Source of the DNA: an uncultured delta proteobacterium
GTDB taxonomy: Bacteria; Myxococcota; Myxococcia; Myxococcales; Myxococcaceae
DNA: 64,000 bases
Direction of reading: 5' to 3'
NCBI GenBank assembly: GCA_963771175.1
Contig: CAVYSY010000052.1
Span: 192,001-256,000 of the forward strand
Made by a program: the position numbers and the translations under genes. Below are positions 10,351 through 19,870 of this stretch, in pieces. The stretch's first letter is position 1, and each line of letters begins with the position of its first letter. The notes under the pieces were generated by a model. That model made no database searches. It was given only the letters and a program-made list of their open reading frames with translations, and was not told the origin of the DNA.

Positions 10351-11106
10351 ATGAACTACTTCATCATCAAGAAAGACAAGGCGTCGGGCTACACGGGCGA
10401 CGTTGATGGCTCGTACAAGTGGGGCTTCCGGGTGTCATCTGCCCTCTCTGCAAGGCCATCTGGGGGGGCGGCGGCTACATGTACCCCTCCGTGGACCTGA
10501 CCCCGGTAGCCACCCTGGCCGACTTCGAGGAAGCCCGAGCCGAGCCCATCGAGGAGTACGAAAGGCTCCGTGAACTGGTCCGCCCCCTGCTGCCTCCGGG
10601 AGCCGTGCTGGGTCCAGGGACGGACGTTTGGCCCGTTCGTGGGCAGGGGCCAGGGTCGCTTCGGACCATTCGTGATGCCCGTCCCCTGGATATTGATGGC
10701 GCAGCGTGAGGCGCTCGAGAAGCTCCAGGCCGAGGGCCTGCGCGGCATCAAGGGCTGCCGCACCGAGTTGCGCTTCCGCCAGCGCAGCGCTCCCGAGTTG
10801 TTCGATTTGGAAGTCCTCCCCATGGGGCACCTGCACCCGGACTGCCTGCCTCCCCGTCCTCCCCCCTGCCCTCGCTGCGGCCGGGATGGAGTCTCGTTCC
10901 CTGACACGCCCCTGCTGGATACCGCGACGTTGCCAGAGCCCCTGGACCTGTTCCGGCTGGAGAACTTCCCCGGCATGATCGTCTGCACCGAGCGCTTCGT
11001 CGATGCCTGCCGGCGTCTGGGACTGGATGGCCTCACCTTCCACCCCCTCCCCATCAAGGACGGGGGAAATCCTCGGGCCCGGAGCGGGACTCCTCGGTCT
11101 CGGTGA
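10351..11106 (+). CDS. SitI6-type double-CXXCG immunity protein, copy 1 (apparent frameshifts)
   Basis: Paralogue of 13348-14100 with CPLCKAIWG and CPRCGRDG; small indels in G-runs. Confidence 0.8.
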
Positions 11107-11258
11107 AGAGCTGCCCGCAGTGCAACCACTACGGCTCCCTCGAGCGGGACTTCGGTTATCGCTCCATGGCTCGTCGTTATGTGCGGCCTCAGTCCTGGTG
11201 CAGAAGGTGCCGGAGCGAGGGGCAGCGACTCCTCATGGGTCGCCGCCGTCGCAAGTAG
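11103..11258 (+). CDS. 51-aa zinc-ribbon microprotein
   Basis: GTGA overlap with the immunity stop; VKSCPQC...DFGYRSM...RPQSWCRRCRSE with two CxxC pairs; below the ORF-track length cutoff. Confidence 0.65.
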   Translation: MKSCPQCNHYGSLERDFGYRSMARRYVRPQSWCRRCRSEGQRLLMGRRRRK

Positions 11259-11309
11259 AGGACTCCGCTCGGTGGGGCGAGGCGCTTCGGTCCCGCACCG
11301 CCACGAGGC

Positions 11310-12463
<1,154 letters not shown>

Positions 12464-12593
12464 TGGGTGGACTCCCTGCGCTGCGGGCCTCGTGTGCCCT
12501 GGTGGGAGGCGGATGCTCCCCTGGGATTGACTGGGAAATCAACCGAGGGGGGGCCTACCGGCTCGCGTCAGCGTGGGTAGTAGCGTGGGCCGG

Positions 12594-13325
12594 ATGAACC
12601 TCCTGGCCTCGAAGCGGGGAGCCGCGCTCCTCGGATTGCTGCTGACCGCGTGTGCCACATCGACGCCCGCGGTGCACGAGGACGACCTCGGAGCGCCTGA
12701 CGTCGTGTACTCGTGGGAGGAGGCACGCGCGGACCCGAGCTGCGTCGTGCCCCTGTGCGACGCGCAGCGCTGTGCCGTCTGGCGCTGCCAGGACGTGGCG
12801 GAAGCGGAGGCCCACCCCGTGCTGCTGGCGCAGGCCATGGCTCCGGTTCGGGCTCCGATTCCGCAACCGGCGCCGATGCTCCGCATTCCCAGCGTGGACA
12901 ATCCCTCCCGCTGGTGGGGAATCCCCCTGGCCGCCCCCACCACCGCGGACCCCGTCTTCGAGATTCCCTGGCACAACTGGAAGGAGCGCCAGCAGCTCGC
13001 GCTCAAGACGTACCGCATCTATTGCCTCCAGGGTCCTCATGAGCCCTATGAGAAACACCACATCTTCCCGCAGCAACCAGTCCTGGCCATGTGGTTCGCG
13101 CGCAGGCACATCGACATCCACGCCTTCACCGTCCGCGTTCCCAAGAGCTTCCACACCTGGCTGCACAGTGGCGGACCACAAGGCGGTCAGTGGAACGAGG
13201 CCTGGCGACAATTCATGAACCAGAACCGCGAAACCGCCGGCCCGGAGGACATCTGGCGGTTCGCGGGCGAGCTCATGATGCGGTTCGGCGTGAGTGGTCC
13301 GCTCGTGCCCTACTATTGTGACTGA
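12594..13325 (+). CDS. SitA6-type (TIGR02269/DUF2380) polymorphic toxin lipoprotein
   Basis: Lipobox LLTAC; Cys motif SCVVPLC...C..WRCQD; C-terminal HHIFPQ...IDIH...H..LHSGG..GGQWNEAW. Confidence 0.85.
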   Translation: MNLLASKRGAALLGLLLTACATSTPAVHEDDLGAPDVVYSWEEARADPSCVVPLCDAQRCAVWRCQDVAEAEAHPVLLAQAMAPVRAPIPQPAPMLRIPSVDNPSRWWGIPLAAPTTADPVFEIPWHNWKERQQLALKTYRIYCLQGPHEPYEKHHIFPQQPVLAMWFARRHIDIHAFTVRVPKSFHTWLHSGGPQGGQWNEAWRQFMNQNRETAGPEDIWRFAGELMMRFGVSGPLVPYYCD

Positions 13326-13347
13326 GGCGGCGGACAGGAACCCACGG

Positions 13348-14100
13348 ATGAACTACTTCATCGTCGATAGAGATAAGGCATCGGGCTACACGGGCGACGT
13401 CGATGGCTCGTACAAGTGGGGGCTTCCGGGCGTCATCTGTCCCCTGTGCAAGGCCATCTGGGGGGGCGGCTACATGTATCCCTCCGTGGACCTGACCCCG
13501 GTGGCCTCCCTGGCGGATTTCGAGAAAGCTCGAGCCGAGCCCATCGAGGAATACGAAAGGCTCCGTGAGCTGGTCCGCCCCCTGCTCCCGCCAGGAGCCG
13601 TGCTGACTCCGGGATCGGAGTTTGGCCCCTTCGTGGGCAGGGGCATGGGTCGCTTCGGGCCGTTCGTGATGCCCGTTCCCTGGATATTGATGATGCAGCG
13701 TGAGGCGCTCGAGAAGCTCCAGGCCGAAGGCGTACAGGGCCTCAAGGGCTGCCGCACCGAGCTGCGCTTCCGCCAGCGCACGTCCCCCGAGTTGCTCGAT
13801 CTGGAGCTCCTCCCCGTGGCCCGCCTGCACCCGGACTGCCTGCCTCCCCGCCCTCCCCCCTGCTCTCGCTGCGGCCGGGATGCCGTCTCCCTGCCCAAGG
13901 TCCGCCTGCTAGACGCCGCCACGGCCCCCAGCGACCTGGACCTGTTCCGACTCATACAATTCTCGGGCGTGATCGCCTGCTCCGAGCGCTTCGTCGACGC
14001 CTGCCGGCGTCTGGGATTGGATGGCCTCTCCTTCCAGCCCCTCCCCCTCAGACGAGGGGAGAGTCCTGGGGCCCGGTGCGAGAGTCCTCCGTCTCGGTGA
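13348..14100 (+). CDS. SitI6-type double-CXXCG immunity protein
   Basis: WGLPGVICPLC, YPSVDL, CSRCGRD, DLFRL, SERFV; directly downstream of the toxin. Confidence 0.87.
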   Translation: MNYFIVDRDKASGYTGDVDGSYKWGLPGVICPLCKAIWGGGYMYPSVDLTPVASLADFEKARAEPIEEYERLRELVRPLLPPGAVLTPGSEFGPFVGRGMGRFGPFVMPVPWILMMQREALEKLQAEGVQGLKGCRTELRFRQRTSPELLDLELLPVARLHPDCLPPRPPPCSRCGRDAVSLPKVRLLDAATAPSDLDLFRLIQFSGVIACSERFVDACRRLGLDGLSFQPLPLRRGESPGARCESPPSR

Positions 14101-14701
14101 TCAGCCCCTCTTCCTGGGCCAGCGTGCGCAGGTGCGTCTTGATGCGCTGGAACTGCTGGCGCAAGGCCGCCGCCCGCCGCTTGAGTCCCGCGTCCGTGAG
14201 CGCCTCCTCCCCATCGGACATCACCCGGGCCACCTCCTCCCACGACAACCTCTGGTCCACTCGCAGCAGCAGCAACATGCGCTCCTGGGGATCCAGACTC
14301 TCGCGCAGCGCGCGGAAACGCTCCTTCACCGAGGTGCGCTGCCAGGGGCGCGTCTCCGAGCGCGGCTTGAACGCCGCGTCCGGCAACTTCGACATGCTCT
14401 CCGGCTGCTCCCTCCCCGCCGGCGCGTGCATCACCTGGTAACACGCGTTGCGCGCCAGCCGGTACGCCCACGTCCGGAAGGAGCTCTCCCACCGGAAGCC
14501 CGGCAGCCCTCGCAGGAGGTTCTCGCTGAAGAGGCTGAAGGCATCCCGGCTCCGCTCATAGTCGTGCAGCACCGAGGCCATCAACCGCATGATCTCCTGC
14601 CCATATCCCTCCAGGGCCCGCTCCACGCCTCCGGCAATGTCGCCCTGCCGGCACAACTCGTGAATCTCCTGCTCCAGCTTCTCGCGCTCGTCCAACTGCA
14701 T
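14048..14701 (-). CDS. ECF sigma-70 factor
   Basis: Region 2 FRWESSFRTWAYRLARN; region 4 LRESLDPQERMLLLLRVDQRLSWEEVARVM. Confidence 0.9.
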   Translation of the reverse strand: MQLDEREKLEQEIHELCRQGDIAGGVERALEGYGQEIMRLMASVLHDYERSRDAFSLFSENLLRGLPGFRWESSFRTWAYRLARNACYQVMHAPAGREQPESMSKLPDAAFKPRSETRPWQRTSVKERFRALRESLDPQERMLLLLRVDQRLSWEEVARVMSDGEEALTDAGLKRRAAALRQQFQRIKTHLRTLAQEEGLITETEDSRTGPQDSPLV

Positions 14702-14746
14702 GGTGTTTCTCCCTGCTCCTGGCCTGTCGTCTTCCGCGTCGCTCCT

Positions 14747-17700
14747 TCACACCGGGCTCGGCGCCTCCGAGCCCGGGGCCTCCACGTGCATCCCCGCCTC
14801 CCCGGGCGGTGAACCCAGGGCCAGGGCGATGTGCCGCTCGTACTCCCGCGCTCCCTGCTCGCGCGCGATGCGCACGGCCTGGAGGAAACTCTCGCCGGCC
14901 TCCGCCTCGTGGCCCAGCGCTCGCTGGGCCTCCCCTCCGATGCGGTGCAGCTCCGCCTCGTAGAAGCGCTCCCCCACCGCCTCCACCCACTTCAACCCCT
15001 CGAGCACCGCCAGCAGCGCCTCGTGCGGCTGCCCCAGGCGCAGGTGCACCTCCGCCAGCAGGCCGAGGTTCTGCGGCATCCCCGCTCGCAGGCCCATCAT
15101 CCGCCACCTGCTCAACCCCTCGCGCATCAACGACAGTCCCTCCTCGGGCCGCCCCAGCTCCGAGAGGGCCCAGCCTCGCAGCAGGACGGACCACTCGAGC
15201 CACAACCGGAACCAGTGCTCGCGCGAGATGGCGTGGCACTCCTCGGCCAGCTCCAGCGTGCCCTGTGCGTCCCCACGCAGTTGGCAGGAGAGCGCCGCGT
15301 AGAGCAGCACGTAGGCCCGGGTGTTCGCATGGCCGATGCGCCCGGCCAGCTCCAGCGCTTCGCGCGCGGACTCCCGCGCCCGCTCCGGCTCGCCCATCAC
15401 CGAGTAGATGATGGAGGCGTGGATCCGCGCCATCGCGAGCGGGTCCACCCAGTGCCTGACGGCCAGCTTGTGGTGCTCCTCCAGCGAGAAGTCCGCCCAG
15501 GCCACCGCGCGCTCCACGTACTCGCGCGCCTCCTCCATCCGCCCCCAGGTGAAGAAGTCCGTGGCCATCATCCGATAGCCCAGGGCGAGCAGCTCCCGGT
15601 TGTGCTGGCGCGAGCCCAGCCCCACCAGCTGCTCGGCCAGCTCGTGCGACAGGCGGTACTCGGCACGGGCGAAGTAGTAGGCGAACGGTCCCCAGTAGGA
15701 CAGCTCCAGGCGCGGCAACACATCCCCCACCAGGAGGAAGAGCTCGCGCGCGCGGGTGTACGTCCGCTTCACCTCGGGCGAGCGGTAGCCCTGCACCTGG
15801 GACAGCGGAATGCCCAGGGCGATGAGGAGCTGCAGCTCCTGCTGGATGCGCTGCCCGGCGTCGGGCAGGGCGCGCAGCAGCTTCAGCGCCTGCTGCAGGT
15901 GGCTCACCGCCTCCAGGTTGGCCGAGCGCAAGCTGGCGCGCATGCCGGCCCGCATCCAGTGCTGGATGGCCGGCTCGTACTCGCCGGCCTCGGTGTAGTG
16001 GTGGGCCAGCACCTCGGGCTGCGTCTCCACCACCTCGGGGAACTGCTCCAGGAGCGCCTGGGCGATCCTCCGGTGGTGCTGGCGCCGGGTGCCGCGCAGC
16101 AGGGACTGGTAGGCCGCGTCCTGGAAGAGGGCGTGACGGAACTGGTAGCCGGGCCCGTCGACATCCTCCTCCCGCTGGAGCACCCCGGCGGACACCAGCT
16201 CCTTCAGGTCCTGCCCCAGCCCCGTGGCATCTCTCCGCGTCAGCGTGGCCAGCAGCGCCTGGGAGAAGCCACGCCCCACCACCGCGCAGAGCTGGGCAAG
16301 CGTCTTCTGCGACGCCGGCAGCCGGTCCAGGCGCGCCAGCAGCAGCTCGTGCAGGGTGACGGGGATGGAGGCCACCGTCCCGCGCTCCACCACCATGTGC
16401 GTCATCTCCTCCACGAAGAGGGGGATGCCGTCCGTCTTGGCCACGAGCTGGCGCACCGTCTCCTCCGACAGCGCGTGGCCCCCCGCCTCCTGCACCAGCG
16501 TCGCGGTGAGCCGCGCCGGCAGCCGCTCCAACCCCACCCGGTGCAGCCGGGCCGAGTCCGGCCACGCGTGCTGGAAGCTCGGGCGGGCGCTCAGCACCAG
16601 CAGGACGCGCGCGTCCTCCACCCGGCGCAGCACGGCGCCGAGCAGCTCCAGCGTGGACGGGTCCGCCCAGTGCAGGTCCTCCACCACACCGAACACCGGG
16701 CGCTGCTCGGCCATGCGCAGCAGCAGGCTCGACAGCGCCTCGATGGTGCGCTCCTTCTGTCGATCCGGCGAGAGTTGGAGGAAGGGCAGGTTCTCCTGCA
16801 CCGGCAGCGACAGGAAGGCGGCGATGAGGTCCATGTGCTCGCCCTCCATGCCCAGCGCCCCGAGCTGCTCCTCCAGCTTGCGCAGGTTGTCCCGCGGCGA
16901 GCCTTCCGGGTCCAACCGGAAGAGGTGCTGCAGCATGTTGATGATGGGGAGGAAGGCGCTGTTGGCGAACTGGCTCCAGCACTGGCAGCGCAGGCGGAAG
17001 CTGGAGAAGGGCGACACCCGCAGGCGCAGCTCCTGGATGAGGCGGGACTTGCCGATGCCGGCCTCGCCCGTGAGCAGCACGAAGGAGCCCCGGCCCTCGC
17101 GCGCCTCCTCCCAGGCGGAGAACAGCCGCCGCAGCTCGTCCTCGCGCCCCACCAGCGGGGAGAGCGCGCCAGTGACGAGCGCCCGATCGAAGCGGAACAC
17201 CTGCTTGCGCGCGCGCGTCACCCGCCAGGCGTCCACGTGCCGCGCTCCGGACAGGCCCTCGAAGGTAAGCGCGCCGAGCGACTCGGACTCGAAGGCACGC
17301 TGCACCAGGGTATAGGTGGTGTCGCTGAGCACCACCGTGCCGGGCTCCGCCCGCCGCGCCAGCCAGGAGGCGATGCGCGGAGCCTCGCCCTGGATGGTGG
17401 GCGTGCGCCCCCGCAGCTCCGGGAGGATGTCGTCGAACACCACCATCTCGGTGTGGATGCCCACCTGCACCGCCAGCGAGCGCAGGGAGGGGAGGCCGAG
17501 GCGCTGGCTGAGCTCGCCCGGCAGAGAGCCCACCAGTTGCAGCCCGGCGCTCACCGCGTGCTCCGAGTCCTCCTCGCGCGCCACCGGGTAGCCGAAGCAG
17601 GCGAGCACCTCGTCTCCCACACAGGTGGTGATGGAGCCATCATGCCGCTGGATGATCTCCGAGCTGCTCTTCTGGAAGGCGGCCTCCAGCTCGCTGAAGT

Positions 17701-18805
17701 CCTCGGGGTCCAACTCCTGGGCGAGCCCCACGAGACCCACCAGCTTGCAGGACACCAGCGTCACCGGCCGACGCTGGGGAGCCACCGAGCGCGGCTCCTC
17801 GCGCCAGGGCCCCAGCCGCTCCTCCAACCGGCGCAGCCTGTCGCGCAACACCACCGCCGAGGGCAACCGCCGCCGCGCCTCCTTCACCAGGGCCTCGGAG
17901 ATGAGCGTCTCCACCTCCTGCGGCACCTCCGGGCGGCGCGCGCGCACCAAGGGCACCGGCTCGTACCCCACCACCCGGGCGCGCAGCTCGTCCAGGGTGG
18001 CGCTCGGGTAGAGCAGCTCCCCGGTGAGCATCTCGTACAGCATGACGCCGGCGGACCAGAGGTCCGTGCGCTCGTCCTGTGTCTCGCCCCTCCACTGCTC
18101 CGGGGACATATACGGAGGCGTGCCGGCATCCGGCAGGCGGGGCATGGGCGAGCCACTCGAGGCCATCAGCCAGGCCAGCCCGAAGTCGAGCAGCTTCACC
18201 GTGCCGAGCGTGGTGATGAAGACGTTGCTGGGCTTGAGGTCGCGGTGGACGATGTGGCGGCCGTGCGCATGCGCCAGACCCGTGGCCACTCCCACCATGA
18301 GCTCCAGCGCGCGCCGGACGCCCAGCCGCTGCTCGCGCTGCAGCAGGGCGGCGAGCGACTCGCCCTCCAGGCACTCCATGACGATGAAGGGGATGCGCGG
18401 CTCCCAGGGCTCCCCCGTCCACTCGGACACGTCGAAGACGCTGACGATGTTCTCGTGGTCGAGCTGCGCGATGGCACGCGCCTCCTGGCGCAGCAGATCC
18501 ATCGGCCAGTGCGCGCCCATCCCCTCCTGCGGCAGGAGGAACTTGAGGGCCACCACGCGCTGCAGTTCCTCGTCGCGCGCGCGGAACACCTGCCCCATGG
18601 AGCCCCCCCCCAGCTCCCGGACGATTTCAAACCTGCGGCCATCCGAGCCCCCGAGCCGCTCCCCGGGGACAGGCTTGCGGAACAGCGGGGGCGCCTGGGC
18701 CACTTCCTTCAGGAAGGAATCGCCGAAGTCGGCGTCATCGTGCTGGGACGCGTCCACTTCGCGCGGGCGCGCCTCTCCGACATGCTGACCGGTCTCCTCG
18801 CGCAT
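14747..18805 (-). CDS. Ser/Thr kinase - class III cyclase-like - AAA/STAND-like ATPase - TPR fusion, copy 1
   Basis: VALK, HRDLKPSN, DFG, GTPPYMSPEQ; GDEVLACFGYP; Walker A GEAGIGKS, Walker B VVEDLHW; C-terminal helical repeats. Confidence 0.93.
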   Translation of the reverse strand: MREETGQHVGEARPREVDASQHDDADFGDSFLKEVAQAPPLFRKPVPGERLGGSDGRRFEIVRELGGGSMGQVFRARDEELQRVVALKFLLPQEGMGAHWPMDLLRQEARAIAQLDHENIVSVFDVSEWTGEPWEPRIPFIVMECLEGESLAALLQREQRLGVRRALELMVGVATGLAHAHGRHIVHRDLKPSNVFITTLGTVKLLDFGLAWLMASSGSPMPRLPDAGTPPYMSPEQWRGETQDERTDLWSAGVMLYEMLTGELLYPSATLDELRARVVGYEPVPLVRARRPEVPQEVETLISEALVKEARRRLPSAVVLRDRLRRLEERLGPWREEPRSVAPQRRPVTLVSCKLVGLVGLAQELDPEDFSELEAAFQKSSSEIIQRHDGSITTCVGDEVLACFGYPVAREEDSEHAVSAGLQLVGSLPGELSQRLGLPSLRSLAVQVGIHTEMVVFDDILPELRGRTPTIQGEAPRIASWLARRAEPGTVVLSDTTYTLVQRAFESESLGALTFEGLSGARHVDAWRVTRARKQVFRFDRALVTGALSPLVGREDELRRLFSAWEEAREGRGSFVLLTGEAGIGKSRLIQELRLRVSPFSSFRLRCQCWSQFANSAFLPIINMLQHLFRLDPEGSPRDNLRKLEEQLGALGMEGEHMDLIAAFLSLPVQENLPFLQLSPDRQKERTIEALSSLLLRMAEQRPVFGVVEDLHWADPSTLELLGAVLRRVEDARVLLVLSARPSFQHAWPDSARLHRVGLERLPARLTATLVQEAGGHALSEETVRQLVAKTDGIPLFVEEMTHMVVERGTVASIPVTLHELLLARLDRLPASQKTLAQLCAVVGRGFSQALLATLTRRDATGLGQDLKELVSAGVLQREEDVDGPGYQFRHALFQDAAYQSLLRGTRRQHHRRIAQALLEQFPEVVETQPEVLAHHYTEAGEYEPAIQHWMRAGMRASLRSANLEAVSHLQQALKLLRALPDAGQRIQQELQLLIALGIPLSQVQGYRSPEVKRTYTRARELFLLVGDVLPRLELSYWGPFAYYFARAEYRLSHELAEQLVGLGSRQHNRELLALGYRMMATDFFTWGRMEEAREYVERAVAWADFSLEEHHKLAVRHWVDPLAMARIHASIIYSVMGEPERARESAREALELAGRIGHANTRAYVLLYAALSCQLRGDAQGTLELAEECHAISREHWFRLWLEWSVLLRGWALSELGRPEEGLSLMREGLSRWRMMGLRAGMPQNLGLLAEVHLRLGQPHEALLAVLEGLKWVEAVGERFYEAELHRIGGEAQRALGHEAEAGESFLQAVRIAREQGAREYERHIALALGSPPGEAGMHVEAPGSEAPSPV

Positions 18806-19016
18806 TCCCTGCTCCCCGGTCGAGGGCCTCTCGCGACGGAGGCCTTGGCTGATTGAAGTTATGGGTCCCATGGCAGCCGAGCAACGCGAGGGGTCGGGAG
18901 GGCAGGCGCACCGTCCAGGGTCGGTGCCCCGCCCTGCCGAAAGACAGACATTCGTGACGCCAGGAAACAGAGCACCTGGACTCCTGGCGGGAAGAAGCAG
19001 CGCACCCGGCGGAGGG

Positions 19017-19610
19017 TCACCGGGCGGGACTCGAGGCCGGGTCCGGAGTGGCTCGGGGCGCGGCGAAGAACTGGCTGACGAGCTCGCGCACGCGCGCGGC
19101 GTTGTCGTCGAGGAGCTCGAGTCTCACGTCCGAGGAGCCCTCGAGGACACTCGCCTCGGGCAACGCGTGGTCGAGCAGGTAGTCGCGGAGGACCGCGTCC
19201 GAGGACCAGCTCCGCAGGGGCGGAGCGCAGTGGCAGTAGAGGTTCGCCTTCAGCGCGTCCCCGGCCACGTGGATGAGCTCCTCCAGGAACTCCCCCACGG
19301 TGTGGTCGAAGCGGGCCTCGAAGGCCAGCATCCGGCCGCCCTCGGAGCGCCCGTCCTGGGAAGGAGGGGCCGGCACGATGACCCAGCGCAGGGAATGCGT
19401 GCTCTTCAGCCCGTTGAAGCGGATGAGCGTGTCGCGACGGAGCTCCTCCAGCACCAGCGAGAGATCCTCGAGACGCTCGGGGCGGATGGGCACGAGTACG
19501 GTCAGCGCGTCGCGCCGCTCGGCCATGTGGGCCCGCCTCCGGGCCTGCTCGGGTGAGACCGCCTGCTGCTGCCCGCGATTCTGGAATGTCGTGGTAAGGG
19601 TGTCGTCCAT
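19017..19610 (-). CDS. Hypothetical protein
   Basis: ATG 19610 with RBS; LTVLVPI...THSLRWVIV...LAFEARFD...LYCHC. Confidence 0.6.
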   Translation of the reverse strand: MDDTLTTTFQNRGQQQAVSPEQARRRAHMAERRDALTVLVPIRPERLEDLSLVLEELRRDTLIRFNGLKSTHSLRWVIVPAPPSQDGRSEGGRMLAFEARFDHTVGEFLEELIHVAGDALKANLYCHCAPPLRSWSSDAVLRDYLLDHALPEASVLEGSSDVRLELLDDNAARVRELVSQFFAAPRATPDPASSPAR

Positions 19611-19870
19611 TCGTGTCGCTCCCGAAAAGGTGGAGCCAGGAGCGAGGCTTCGTGACGGCATGAGTTGGGAGCTGCCCTCCCTCCCGTACCGCGGGCGGCT
19701 AGACAGGGGCCGGCTCCAGGCTCCCGACAGCCCGAGCTTTCGGAGGGAGGCGCGGCAACGGTAGCGTTGCCCGGGAAGATTTTCGGGGCTGCTCGTTCTT
19801 GCCCTGGGAGGGCCGGTCCGCCGGCTCCGGGAGCACGGCCAGGGACGAGCGGGGGAGGCTCGGGTTGAAC

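Noticed and set aside
14831..18856. 1341-aa plus-strand ORF (and similar ones at 23403-27530, 19502-22204, 57652-59637)
   Set aside because: Antisense shadows of real high-GC genes with no motifs; they arise from codon bias.
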